A DNA stretch of 64,000 nt from assembly GCA_016196125.1 (NCBI GenBank), contig JACPYG010000004.1, forward strand, positions 138 to 64,137. The letters are read 5' to 3'. Position 1 is the first letter of the stretch. Each line of letters begins with the position of its first letter. Shown here in pieces: positions 49,830 through 59,890 of this stretch. This DNA comes from Candidatus Staskawiczbacteria bacterium. GTDB lineage: Bacteria; Patescibacteriota; Minisyncoccia; Minisyncoccales; Staskawiczbacteraceae. The position numbers and the translations under genes were made by a program. A model generated the notes under the pieces. The model was not told the DNA's origin and made no database searches. It saw only the letters and a program-made list of their open reading frames with translations.

Positions 49830-50921
49830 TTACTTTTCTGTGCGAATAAAATCATCAAATACAACACGTGTTCGGCCGCTTAACACTACATCTCCTAAAG
49901 CAATTTTCCGAGCTATAAAAGAAGCTATACCAGATGCTATGGTTACTGTACTCATTAACTGTGGCCTACCCACTAAAGTTTTACCAATTTGTTTCATTGA
50001 ATCCATTACTCTTGGGGGAATATTTTCAATTCCAACAATCTGTACAACATATTTATTTACCTCTTCTTTAGGAATTTTACCTTTTAATAAATCTTCTATT
50101 ACTTTTTCTTCTACTATTCCACTAAAAATTTTAGTTTCAGAATCTTGATCGTATCGTTCTAAATCTATTAAAATAGTGTCTCCGATACTCGTAAGCATTA
50201 CTACAGGGATTCTGTATTTTTTTGCTTCCTTTCTAATTAAAATTTTCAACTCTAAGTCATCAATAATCTCAAAGATTAAATTTGTCTTAGGATTTTTTAT
50301 AAAGAAGTCCTCAACATTTTCTTTATTAAGACCCTTCTCAAAATTAACTATTCTAATGTAAGGGTCTACTTCGTAAAGTTGTCGACTGATAATATTAAAT
50401 TTTAATTCTCCCACATCAGATAATTTGCCCTTGACACGGTTTAAATTAGAAGTTTCTAATCTGTCGAAATCTGCAAGTTTTATATTTTTAGAAAAACCAT
50501 TATAAGCTAAGGTAGTAGCAATATTCCCTCCAACCGAAAGACCAGCTATGGCAATGGTAAAATTTGCAAGTTTTTCCTGTTCCTGCACAGTAATAATGTT
50601 TTTATTTCTATTTGTCCTTAAAAGATCATTCTCAACTTCTCCAAGGGCATGTAAAAGAATATTGCTCCAACTATAATATATCCAATCACCAGATAATTCT
50701 TGATCTTTTTGAGTTTTCTCTTTTTCAAATTTTAAGAATTCCTTACTAAATTCTCCTTTTGCCACAAGTTGTGGGTTTTTTATTTCGAAAAATTCTTTCA
50801 ACTGTTGTAAATAAATATCAACTATCTTAGGTTGATATTTATCTTTAAGATTAATAATTTCTTTTTCAGTATATTCACCTTCTTTTAAAATGATCGGCTG
50901 ATTTAAGTTATTTTTTTCCAT
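49830..50921 (-). CDS. ThiF-family adenylyltransferase (Rv1355c/MoeY-like)
   Basis: WIYYSW, RTNRNKNII, IAGLSVG, LADFDRLETSNLNR, DLERYD, RPQL. Confidence 0.88.
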   Translation of the reverse strand: MEKNNLNQPIILKEGEYTEKEIINLKDKYQPKIVDIYLQQLKEFFEIKNPQLVAKGEFSKEFLKFEKEKTQKDQELSGDWIYYSWSNILLHALGEVENDLLRTNRNKNIITVQEQEKLANFTIAIAGLSVGGNIATTLAYNGFSKNIKLADFDRLETSNLNRVKGKLSDVGELKFNIISRQLYEVDPYIRIVNFEKGLNKENVEDFFIKNPKTNLIFEIIDDLELKILIRKEAKKYRIPVVMLTSIGDTILIDLERYDQDSETKIFSGIVEEKVIEDLLKGKIPKEEVNKYVVQIVGIENIPPRVMDSMKQIGKTLVGRPQLMSTVTIASGIASFIARKIALGDVVLSGRTRVVFDDFIRTEK

Positions 50922-50932
50922 TTTAATTAGGT

Positions 50933-52009
50933 CTAAATTATTTTTTCCTCTAATTCATGTCTTGGAGTTGGCTTATGCAGTGAATCAACTTTTCCAACAA
51001 CAAATAAAAATTGAGGTTTTTTATTGTTACCAATAATTTTTTGAACCTCTTTATCACGACCCATTTCTATAGCTGCTACAAAAATAGAAGTTTGCCAACC
51101 ATAACCGTTAAATTCTAAAAAAAGCCTTTCTGCTAATTGACCAACTTTAAGCCAAACACTTGGATTTTCATTTTCAGCTGTAATAACTACTACTAAAGGA
51201 GCTGAGCTTATACTTGAATAATTTTTTTTAGACAAGAAATTACCTATGTTATACCATCTCACCAAAATTGGCAAAATAAAAGATAGAACGGGAGGCATCT
51301 TTAACGCATAACCTGGTATGCCTTCTTTGGTTTTAGTAAAGCTATTGCGCATCCAATAAGACATTTCTTTTCGAAAAGATGTTTTATGATAAGCGATTTT
51401 TAATCCATCCGCTGTTAAGTGAGATAAATCTAGTATTTTATTTTTTTCCGTAATCCAGTTAATATGTATTTCATCTACTAAATAATCTTTTACTATGAAA
51501 GATATATTATTCAACACATCTTCGGGCACAGATTCTGGATAAAAAATACCGCGGGCATTGATCCTTTTGGGAATAGTATTAATCATTTTTTCGTAAGCAC
51601 TATTCTTCTCGCCGGTATATTTTTTAAAATGTACTACGGCTAATTGCTCCTTATTGCTAAATGGTCCATAACCAATAGAATTAAAAATATTAAAATATTT
51701 AGCGGCTAAAATTAAGTTTTCTATGCAACAACCCATACTTATATGTAAATCCCTGGTTTTAGAATCAGCTTCTGGCAATACTAATTTCGGATTATAGTAT
51801 ACTTCACATTCTGGTTCTTTTATTTTAAATAACCAAGGTTGGGTATTATGAGTAGATGGCGCCAAAATTGCGTACCGCAAAATAAATTTTATTTGAGAAT
51901 TAAAATTCTCTTTCTCGGGAAAATCATCTATATTAACCTCCCATGGCTGATAGTTTGATTTCATGGTTATTAAACAAATTATACCACAAAAATATAAAAA
52001 AACAGGCAC
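50933..52009 (-). CDS. Acg-like FMN nitroreductase family protein
   Basis: LAPSTHNTQPW, ISMGCCIENL, GQLAERL; real start may be the ATG near 51964. Confidence 0.88.
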   Translation of the reverse strand: MPVFLYFCGIICLITMKSNYQPWEVNIDDFPEKENFNSQIKFILRYAILAPSTHNTQPWLFKIKEPECEVYYNPKLVLPEADSKTRDLHISMGCCIENLILAAKYFNIFNSIGYGPFSNKEQLAVVHFKKYTGEKNSAYEKMINTIPKRINARGIFYPESVPEDVLNNISFIVKDYLVDEIHINWITEKNKILDLSHLTADGLKIAYHKTSFRKEMSYWMRNSFTKTKEGIPGYALKMPPVLSFILPILVRWYNIGNFLSKKNYSSISSAPLVVVITAENENPSVWLKVGQLAERLFLEFNGYGWQTSIFVAAIEMGRDKEVQKIIGNNKKPQFLFVVGKVDSLHKPTPRHELEEKII

Positions 52010-52019
52010 TTAGTGTCTG

Positions 52020-52547
52020 TTAAAGACTGGAAAGAATTTCCCTTAGAGATTCTTTCTTTGTTTTTCCAGAGGTATCAATCACGATTGCATTGGCTGGAAT
52101 CATTAACCTTGATTCATCAAGTATTTCCCTTTGCGACATAATTTCTTTGTCGCCATCATCTTTGGAACGCCTGTCAAAACGTTCCTTTTTGTTAGCCGTG
52201 ATATAGAATTTAAAGTCTGCATCGGGATAGATTTCAGTTCCACAAGTTCGGCCGTCACAAATAAAGTCCGTGTGCCTTATTAATGAAATCTCTAAATCTT
52301 TTAAACGATGCGCCATTCTTGTTGCGAGCAAACCAACTTCTTCTGTTTTAATAGCTTCCGTCAAATCACAACCTTTAAAAAAGATTTTCCCATTTTTAAC
52401 TTCAATGAAGTGAATTTGGAAATTTGAGTAAGCAATTGCCCGAAACATCAGACCGAAGTCATAGTGAGGCAAGTTAAGATGACTTGCCAACATCCTTGCC
52501 AGTGTTCCTTTACCGGAAGCTGCTGGACCAGATAATGCAATAATCAT
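52020..52547 (-). CDS. cmk: Cytidylate kinase-like protein
   Basis: SGPAASGKGT, DFGLMFR, DGR.CGT.IYPDA. Confidence 0.8.
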   Translation of the reverse strand: MIIALSGPAASGKGTLARMLASHLNLPHYDFGLMFRAIAYSNFQIHFIEVKNGKIFFKGCDLTEAIKTEEVGLLATRMAHRLKDLEISLIRHTDFICDGRTCGTEIYPDADFKFYITANKKERFDRRSKDDGDKEIMSQREILDESRLMIPANAIVIDTSGKTKKESLREILSSL

Positions 52548-52867
52548 TTTTTCTCCTTGTGTTTTGTGAAAGAGCCATAAATTAACCTAAAAGCCAAACG
52601 GCCTTCACGATGCAACATCGGAATACCAATATAGTTTCTACATTCGCATTTTAAAAGTTGCATTTGCTTTACACTTTCAGTAGTGTCTTGCAGTAAAGCA
52701 AGATTTTCAGGTGCGAGAATTCGATTAAGGTACAACCTTTTTAAACCACCCCTGCCATCCTTTTGATAGAGCAAAACTTCTTTTCCGCATTTTGCACATG
52801 ATATTTGAAGAATCTTAAACACTCTGCCCCTGTCTCTAAAGTATTTATCTTTTTTAATTTGTCGCAT
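52544..52867 (-). CDS. Zn-ribbon hypothetical protein
   Basis: CAKC…YQKDG.G.LKRLY…CEC; AAGGAG SD. Confidence 0.75.
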   Translation of the reverse strand: MRQIKKDKYFRDRGRVFKILQISCAKCGKEVLLYQKDGRGGLKRLYLNRILAPENLALLQDTTESVKQMQLLKCECRNYIGIPMLHREGRLAFRLIYGSFTKHKEKK

Positions 52868-52929
52868 AATTTTTCTCCTTTTTGAATCAAAAACTGTAAG
52901 CAAAAACAGTTCTTACTTAGTCTATTGTT

Positions 52930-53385
52930 TTATTTTCTAGATAAATCTTTACTATTACTGAATCGAGATTTAAATTTAATCTTCAACTTTTTAATATTCA
53001 TAAGAAGAAGAATTATCAATGAGATTAAAATAAAACCAATTGAAAACCACATATTTGGTAACTGTAAATCCTTAAAAATAAAAGACATAAAAAGAAGGTA
53101 AAAAATAGAGCCTATCACAAACCGCCGATTTAAAACTCTTTTATCCAATAAAGAAAGTATACTTAAAATCATCGTATAGAAAAACCCGTATATTAAACAG
53201 ACCGGCACCATTAATATTGGAGAGAAAATTACAGCGGAAGAAAAAAGATTAAAGCTTAGATTACTGTTTTCATTAATGATAATACCTTTAACCAAAGACA
53301 CACCTATTACTATAATATATGTAAAATAAAATACTATGAAGCTCGTTACAAAGGTTTTAATTATTGTTTTTGTTATTATTCCCAT
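52930..53385 (-). CDS. Four-TM membrane protein, candidate immunity protein
   Basis: Hydrophobic; starts 2 bp after the RHS stop. Confidence 0.6.
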   Translation of the reverse strand: MGIITKTIIKTFVTSFIVFYFTYIIVIGVSLVKGIIINENSNLSFNLFSSAVIFSPILMVPVCLIYGFFYTMILSILSLLDKRVLNRRFVIGSIFYLLFMSFIFKDLQLPNMWFSIGFILISLIILLLMNIKKLKIKFKSRFSNSKDLSRK

Positions 53386-53387
53386 AT

Positions 53388-54458
53388 CTAATTACCATTT
53401 GCTTTTTTGAGTACTTGGTTTAGTTGAGAAAACGTCGAAGAAACACTATTTAATGTTGATTGTATTTTGTTGTCTATATAGTTTCTCGTAGCTGTATAAA
53501 GTTGCTGTCCAAACCATGGAGTCCCTATATGTTTTCCTGAGCCAAGAGGAAAATAAGGGTATGGAAGATTGTGTAACGGACCTGGTAGAGGGCTTGGGCC
53601 GATATATATATTTTGTATCGCAGGCACAGCTCCTCCCGCATCAATAATAACTTGCGTCGCAGTATTTCCAGAATTAGGAAAAGGACTAATCGGTTGACCT
53701 GTAAATACATACATACCCAAGTCACTTTTAGCACGGTTAGACGCTGATTCAAGGAGCTCTTGGTCATATTGAGCAGGAGTCATGCCCTCTGGTGGAATAA
53801 GAGGATATGTAGCTAAATATTTTGATTTAGGAAAATTAAGGTCTCCCGACTCATTAATTTTAACTTGCAACTTACCACCCCACCAGTTACTGGGATAACC
53901 TCCTATACTAAAACGACTGCCTTCTCCATATTGGCTAAGGTCCGCTCCCGATTCTGTATTAATAATAATATTTGGATGTGCTCCAGGGATAGGTGTTAAT
54001 GGCCTGATATTTAGTTCTGCACTTTCTCCGCTCGGATCGCTCCCCACTATCGGATTATTCCTGGCATAGCTATAACTGTTCCATTGTTGGGGATCTGATA
54101 AATAATCTTCGCTAAAATCCCAGAACATCGGGTCTTGTGAAATGAATCTTCCTGTGTTTGGGTTGTAGTATCTGGCATTTAGATAATCTAATCCTGTGTC
54201 GTCATCGTGTTCCTGGCCTATGAATTTTCTTTGCTCGGAAAAGGCAAGAACGGAAAAAAGAGGAATTACAAGTAGTAAAAAAACCAATAATAAAAATACT
54301 GGCTTCTTAAAGCTTTTTTTATTAAAGAATATTTTTAATATCTCGAACATGCTTGATATTATATTTAATATTGGAAACTTTTTTTTAAGACCGTCAGTCG
54401 GCAGATGAAACCTATCGCTTAATAACCAACCTATTTGTAATCTAATTTTAGTTTTCAT
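53388..54458 (-). CDS. Minimal RHS-core protein with an N-terminal TM segment and a C-terminal putative toxin domain
   Basis: FIGQEHD..TGLDYLNARYY.P..GRFISQDP…NSYSYARNNP…DPSG; start uncertain (frame is open to 54644). Confidence 0.8.
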   Translation of the reverse strand: MKTKIRLQIGWLLSDRFHLPTDGLKKKFPILNIISSMFEILKIFFNKKSFKKPVFLLLVFLLLVIPLFSVLAFSEQRKFIGQEHDDDTGLDYLNARYYNPNTGRFISQDPMFWDFSEDYLSDPQQWNSYSYARNNPIVGSDPSGESAELNIRPLTPIPGAHPNIIINTESGADLSQYGEGSRFSIGGYPSNWWGGKLQVKINESGDLNFPKSKYLATYPLIPPEGMTPAQYDQELLESASNRAKSDLGMYVFTGQPISPFPNSGNTATQVIIDAGGAVPAIQNIYIGPSPLPGPLHNLPYPYFPLGSGKHIGTPWFGQQLYTATRNYIDNKIQSTLNSVSSTFSQLNQVLKKANGN

Positions 54459-54519
54459 AATTATTTTATTATAAAACGATTGGGGGAATTTTTCCATAAA
54501 TTCCCCCGCCCTCGAGTCT

Positions 54520-54644
54520 TCTCCTCCCTGCTCGAGTGACAGGCAAAGTTTGAACTTAACCATTCGTAAGTCAATTTGGTCAATCTCCTTAATTGAGGAC
54601 TCTAAGGTGACGTTGTTCCGACCGTTAAAGGTAGCGTTAATCAT
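54520..54644 (-). pseudogene. 5' fragment of a GRDP-like gene fused in frame to the RHS ORF
   Basis: SSIKEIDQIDLRMVKFKLCLSLEQGG matches ASIKKIDDLDLSMVKMKLCLPLEKEG of 61927..62466. Confidence 0.75.
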
Positions 54645-54859
54645 AGTAAACTCCTACTAAAGAGCATAGAATTTTGTTGGCGAAGTGCCAACTTAATCCC
54701 TACTTCCTATATTAGTCTCCCATAACTTGTTGTCAATAACTAACAACATTAAAATAGTAAGATTCTATTAAATTCAGCTTTAATACGCGAATCCCGGCAT
54801 ATTGCATTTTTATATTTGTTGTTGTACTATAACAATATATTATTAAATAGTATTTAAAT

Positions 54860-55678
54860 ATGTCATTATCTGCCAATAATTTACTAATTAAGCAATTAAC
54901 CGAATTTGGACTAAGTGAAAAAGAAGCCAAAGTGTATTTAGCTTTACTTGAATTAGAGGTAGCGACAGTAAATGAGACAGCAAAAAGCGCAAATATTAAT
55001 CGCAGTTCAACTTATGTGGTTATAGAATCTTTAAAAAAGAAAGGTTTAGTGAGTACTTCGGAAGATAAAAAAATACAAAGATATATTGCTGTTTCTCCAG
55101 AGATGTTATTAAGAGAAGCGGAAGATAAAGCTAAAAAAACAGAAGATATAAAAAATAAAATAAGCAATATTATCCCTGAGTTAAAAGCATTACATAAAGA
55201 TACAAAACATAAACCGCGAGTGGTAGTATATGAAGGAAAACAGGGTTTAATTAATGCTTTTGAAAATACGTTAAATAATAAAGAAAAGATGATGCGAGTG
55301 TCTTCTTCGCCTGGTAATTTAGAAAAAATTATATCTGATTATCTTATTCAGTATGTTAACAAACGAATTAATTTAGGTATAAAAATGCATGGAATTCATC
55401 CTAATGACAAGATTCATAGGGGATATATTATAAATAGTCCTCGTAACTTTGATACATATATTCTTGTACCAAAGAAAAAATATCAATTTCCGACAGATCT
55501 CGCAATTTGGGATGACAAAATTGGATTTATGTCTGATCAGAATGGAGGAATATCAATTACAATACAAAACGATATTATAGCAGAAGCAATGAAAAATATT
55601 TTTGATTTAGCTTGGGAACGTGCAAAGTTTATAGGGGAAGAAGCAAAAGGTTACCGAACGAAAAAGAAAAATGGTTAA
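54860..55678 (+). CDS. TrmB-family transcriptional regulator
   Basis: GLSEKEAKVYLALLE, RSSTY…L..KGLV, YEGKQG, IFDLAW. Confidence 0.9.
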   Translation: MSLSANNLLIKQLTEFGLSEKEAKVYLALLELEVATVNETAKSANINRSSTYVVIESLKKKGLVSTSEDKKIQRYIAVSPEMLLREAEDKAKKTEDIKNKISNIIPELKALHKDTKHKPRVVVYEGKQGLINAFENTLNNKEKMMRVSSSPGNLEKIISDYLIQYVNKRINLGIKMHGIHPNDKIHRGYIINSPRNFDTYILVPKKKYQFPTDLAIWDDKIGFMSDQNGGISITIQNDIIAEAMKNIFDLAWERAKFIGEEAKGYRTKKKNG

Positions 55679-55681
55679 TAT

Positions 55682-57217
55682 TCATTTCTTCACCCATTTT
55701 TGTTTATTACCAACTGCAAAAAATTCTTGCGACCCGTTTTTCCAAAATACTATCTTTGGATGAACTCTTGATTTAAGGTAATCAGAAAGTTCTCTAAATT
55801 CTGAGTTTTTGTGACGTAAATTATCTAATATTTTTTCAGATAGATGTTTCTTTAACATTCTTGGAGCATCAACATATTTTTTTAATTCGATATTTATTTC
55901 TAAATATTGATTTTGTTTTTTGTTGAATTTTGTAAGCATAGTGAACTTACTGCTTAAAAATTTATCGAATGGTTTCTCTAAAATAGTTTCTCTTATTGGT
56001 TCTGGGTAAATTTGCAGACCATATAAAGTTAACGAAAAATCATTTCGTTCAAAAACAAAGACGAACGGTAATTCACTGGAAACATTCTCTATTCCAACTT
56101 TTTTTGTTTCTTGATTAATATCAATATTATTTCTTTTCAATATTTCAGTCATTTCATCATAAGAATATACACCCCCATGGTCGCCTACACTGTAACGAAC
56201 TAAGGGAATTTCATTATTTCCTGTCAAAAAAATATTACCATCCACGCATTCAAAATTTATAAATAACGGGTTAAATTGGGCAAGTGTTGGAGTTTTATTG
56301 ATTGATCCAAAAATATCTTTAAATAAATTTGGTTTTTTTGAAGCGATTCTTCTAATTAAAATACTAAGCGGGGTTTCATAAGCCATGGCGCCAATGTCAG
56401 CAGTGCCATAAATATTCATAGTATCTACATATGGATTTTTAATACCCGTTTTCTCTACCAAGTAATCTCGGAATTTTTCAGTAAATGCCTCAGCGGCAAA
56501 TATTAACTTCAAATTTAACTTTTTAAGATTAATTTCGTTTGAAGATGACTCATCAACAATGTCTTTAATGAATGGCGGATACCCCACCAAAATAGCGTTT
56601 TCAAAATGAGGCAATAGGTTTTTTAAAGCATTAAAAATTTCTTTTTTATTAATACCCGGCGTAATGATTGATACGGGAATATCAACTCTTTGAGTAGCCA
56701 TTTCAAAAGCCTTATAGGTAATCAACCCCCCAATCCAAACTCCCATGCCAAAGCAAATGATTACCAGAGTAGGCCCATTACTTTTCTTTAAACTGTTTTT
56801 TAAAAATTCCTCAATTAATAAAGAATACTGCCAATCAAGATCTCTCCCCCTGGGAAAATAAAACGGCTCACCCGTAGAACCAGAGGTTGAAGTGAAAACC
56901 AGTGGTTTTTTGAGGTGGCCGTTCCAACATAGATTTTTTAGTAAATATTGTTTGAGATATTCTTTTTTACTGACTATAGGAACTTTTTGAAACTCTTCCC
57001 ATGTTTTTATTTTTTCAGGATTAAGATGGTTTTTCTTTAAAAAATCCCTATAAGCAGGCACATATTCTGATGCTTTATGGAAAAGAGTAAGAGATCTTTT
57101 TTTCTGTTCTGATGACCAATAGTTTGAATCTCTTTTCTCTAAATCCCAAAACTCAGAACCATTGTGCCTGATCAGTTTGATAATAGTTGATGTATTAGTG
57201 TTGCTTTGAGATTTCAT
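55682..57217 (-). CDS. PaaK-like (phenylacetate--CoA ligase family) adenylating enzyme
   Basis: VPAYRDF, STSGSTGEP, GYPPF, AEAF, YGTAD, PLVRYSVGD. Confidence 0.88.
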   Translation of the reverse strand: MKSQSNTNTSTIIKLIRHNGSEFWDLEKRDSNYWSSEQKKRSLTLFHKASEYVPAYRDFLKKNHLNPEKIKTWEEFQKVPIVSKKEYLKQYLLKNLCWNGHLKKPLVFTSTSGSTGEPFYFPRGRDLDWQYSLLIEEFLKNSLKKSNGPTLVIICFGMGVWIGGLITYKAFEMATQRVDIPVSIITPGINKKEIFNALKNLLPHFENAILVGYPPFIKDIVDESSSNEINLKKLNLKLIFAAEAFTEKFRDYLVEKTGIKNPYVDTMNIYGTADIGAMAYETPLSILIRRIASKKPNLFKDIFGSINKTPTLAQFNPLFINFECVDGNIFLTGNNEIPLVRYSVGDHGGVYSYDEMTEILKRNNIDINQETKKVGIENVSSELPFVFVFERNDFSLTLYGLQIYPEPIRETILEKPFDKFLSSKFTMLTKFNKKQNQYLEINIELKKYVDAPRMLKKHLSEKILDNLRHKNSEFRELSDYLKSRVHPKIVFWKNGSQEFFAVGNKQKWVKK

Positions 57218-57221
57218 AAAA

Positions 57222-58271
57222 TTATCTCTTGAAATAATTTTCTGCAATTTCGTCTGAAACACGATGCGGCGATTTATTATTTTTAAATGAAAGATTTAAA
57301 ATTTTTGTTACGGTATTTTTTACTCCGTCGATTCTTTCTAAAACCCGTTCTTTTTTATATCCGTCTTTTTCTAATTCATCCACCACATCTATAAGCCCGC
57401 CGGAATTAGCAACATAATCGGGAATATATATGATATTATGTTCAAAAAGCCAATCACCCACTTTGTCGTCTGCAAGCTGATTATTGGCAGATCCGCAGAT
57501 TATCTTCGCTTTTATTTCAGCAACATTCCCTATTGAAAACTCATCCCCGAGAGCGCAAGGCGAATAAACATCAACATCCAGCGCATGAATTTTTTTATTA
57601 TCTGCAACATTTATTTTGGGAAATTTACTTTTGATTTCAGCAATGGCTGTTTGGTCAACATCGAAAGCAAATACAACGGCATTAGCATCCAATAAAAGTT
57701 TGACTAATTCTTTGCCGGTCTTACCTACTCCTTTTACGGCAACTTTAACTCCTTGCAAGGAATCTTTTTTATAAACAAAATATACGGAACTTTGGATTGA
57801 GTAAAAAGCGCTTAATGCGGCATAGGGAGAAGGGTCTCCTGCAAGATCGGGTTTTCCGATGAAGCAATTTGAAACACCAAGCATAACATTGACATCATCT
57901 TGAGTAATGCCCACATCTTCCCCTGTATAGAATTTTCCCTTCAATGAATTTACTTTTTTTGCGTACGCTTTTAGCAGTTCTTCCGTCTTATCTTTTTTGG
58001 AGTCGCCTATTATGACGCCCTTCGCGCCGCCATGTGGAACTTTTGCCATGGCGCATTTATAAGTCATTGCGCGAGAGAGCTTCAACACATCTATTAAAGC
58101 ATCTTTTTCAGAGGCGTAGGGAAGCATTCGAGTTCCGCCAACTGCCGGCAACCCCAAATTATCATTATGAATAGCCATAAAACCTTTTAAACCAGCGCTC
58201 TTATCTTCAATTTTTATAACTAATTTATGATTATCAAATTCACGAAGTTTCCTAAAATCAAGTTTGTTCAT
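57222..58271 (-). CDS. Glu/Leu/Phe/Val/Trp-type amino acid dehydrogenase
   Basis: GGTR, MTYK, GGAKGV, TGEDVG, GVGKTG, GSANNQL, PDYVANSGG. Confidence 0.93.
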   Translation of the reverse strand: MNKLDFRKLREFDNHKLVIKIEDKSAGLKGFMAIHNDNLGLPAVGGTRMLPYASEKDALIDVLKLSRAMTYKCAMAKVPHGGAKGVIIGDSKKDKTEELLKAYAKKVNSLKGKFYTGEDVGITQDDVNVMLGVSNCFIGKPDLAGDPSPYAALSAFYSIQSSVYFVYKKDSLQGVKVAVKGVGKTGKELVKLLLDANAVVFAFDVDQTAIAEIKSKFPKINVADNKKIHALDVDVYSPCALGDEFSIGNVAEIKAKIICGSANNQLADDKVGDWLFEHNIIYIPDYVANSGGLIDVVDELEKDGYKKERVLERIDGVKNTVTKILNLSFKNNKSPHRVSDEIAENYFKR

Positions 58272-58390
58272 ATTTTCTTTAAAACTACATCATCTATACC
58301 ATACCATAATTTTTTAGATTTTGGAAGGGCCCATCCTTTTTCTGCAAATTTTAAAACAACAGTAGTAGACCAGAACTCACTACACGGCAA
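58201..58390. repeat. About 190-bp direct repeat (dehydrogenase 5' end plus upstream region)
   Basis: Near-identical to 61081-61270 (offset 2880). Confidence 0.92.
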
Positions 58391-58443
58391 GAAGCTCACT
58401 ACATTGTAAACAAAAAAACCCTTTTTTGGGGCTCTTTTGTATA

Positions 58444-58746
58444 TTATTTATTATAAAGTTCGTACACTTTTTCAATCGGCCCAATATATTCCAAACATTC
58501 TTTTTTCGTTTCTTTGTGTTTTTGATTAAGTTCTCTGTCCATGTTTGTTGGCTTTTCTTCGCCTTCAATCATAGAAATCGTATAATATTCTTCCTCTATT
58601 TTAAAAACACAAAAAGCCTCATAATTTAAACCTTCTTCTTTTAAAGTTTCAATAGCTTCCTCTCTGTATTTGGTAGTTAAAAGTTTACCCCATTCAAACC
58701 ACTTATCCAGCTTTCCCTCTTTGATTTTAAATAAGTTTGATTTCAT
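58444..58746 (-). CDS. Small hypothetical protein (DUF6176-like)
   Basis: FKIKEGK…EAIETLKEEG…H….ECL. Confidence 0.6.
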   Translation of the reverse strand: MKSNLFKIKEGKLDKWFEWGKLLTTKYREEAIETLKEEGLNYEAFCVFKIEEEYYTISMIEGEEKPTNMDRELNQKHKETKKECLEYIGPIEKVYELYNK

Positions 58747-58750
58747 AGTG

Positions 58751-58798
58751 GTGAAGGGGTGGATTTCTCTTAAAAAAAAGAAATCCACCCCTTTTTGT
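58751..58798. terminator. Hairpin / terminator after the GRDP-like gene
   Basis: AAGGGGTGGATTTCT…AGAAATCCACCCCTT. Confidence 0.6.
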
Positions 58799-58805
58799 TT
58801 GTCGC

Positions 58806-59354
58806 TTATGCGACCAAGATTCCGCGTTCGACTGCGGGAAACAGACCGAGGCGATTGACTTCCTCATACGATGATGCGTGTCCGCAACAAAGACGAAAGT
58901 TCACTCCTTCTGTCGCCCAGTTTTCCTCATCCACTTCACCAAAGAGCTGTTCCAGCACTTCGATTGTGTAGCCGTAGAGAACACCGATGTTTTCCACCCG
59001 TTCGACATCGTCGGGATCCAAGGGCACATGGTGCATGTACCTTCCCACCACTCTCTCCGAGAAGTCCATGTACTTGTGAGTATGGAGAATGTGGGCGTGC
59101 CAAAACGGATCCAGCTTTGCCGAGACCGAGTGAGCGTTGAGTGGGTCGAGTAATGCCACGGCATAGTACTGCTTCAAGCCGTACACGCCGGAGTCAAGGT
59201 AGTCATGAGTGGGTTCATGTCCGTGTTCTGCGACGTAGAACTCGCGAACTTTGCGAACAACACCAGAGTAGTCCTCGTTGTCGATGATCCTCAACCGACG
59301 TTTGTGCTCCTCACAAACATCAACGACTAACTCATCCAACAGTTTTCTGGTCAT
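58806..59354 (-). CDS. GRDP-like (glycine-rich-domain family) putative metalloprotein
   Basis: LDPFWHAHILHT.KY…YMHHVP; GC visibly above host background. Confidence 0.75.
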   Translation of the reverse strand: MTRKLLDELVVDVCEEHKRRLRIIDNEDYSGVVRKVREFYVAEHGHEPTHDYLDSGVYGLKQYYAVALLDPLNAHSVSAKLDPFWHAHILHTHKYMDFSERVVGRYMHHVPLDPDDVERVENIGVLYGYTIEVLEQLFGEVDEENWATEGVNFRLCCGHASSYEEVNRLGLFPAVERGILVA

Positions 59355-59466
59355 TGCTAACCACCCTTTCTGAAAGAACTGTAGGAATCATAAGCTTTAC
59401 GAAATGCAAAACTCTATAATCCCCTTATCCTCAATATTATACACTTAAAATATTTTGTCAAATGAA

Positions 59467-59890
59467 TGTAATGGTTCAGCACCTTAGCAACACCCTGCGG
59501 TATAATGGTATGTATATGTCATACACAAACAATCCAAATATGCCTAAGGTAAGAATGCAAGCAGTCATGCTGGTAAAACAGGGCTGGTCGATACGGAAGA
59601 CTGCCAGGTATGTCGGGGTTTATCCGAGTACTGTGCTACGATGGGTAGAAAAAAGAATTTTAGGAAACAATTTTTCAATCCCGACACTCTCATCCGCTCC
59701 GCATAGTCACCCTAATGCGATGCCCGAAGAAATGGTCAGAAAAATTATTGAGTACCGCCAAAGGTACCACCGATGCGCGCAGGTTCTGCATTACCTTTTA
59801 AATCGTGATGGGATTGTTGTCAGTTTGTCGTCGGTAAAAAGAACATTGAGAAGAAATAATCTTGTTAATCACTCAAAATGGAAAAAGCGT
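59467..59890 (+). mobile_element. IS481-like element, left end and HTH only (truncated)
   Basis: Begins TGTAATGGTTCA; RMQAVMLVKQGWSIRKTARYVGVYPSTVLRW…SLSSVKRTLRR; no DDE core. Confidence 0.7.
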
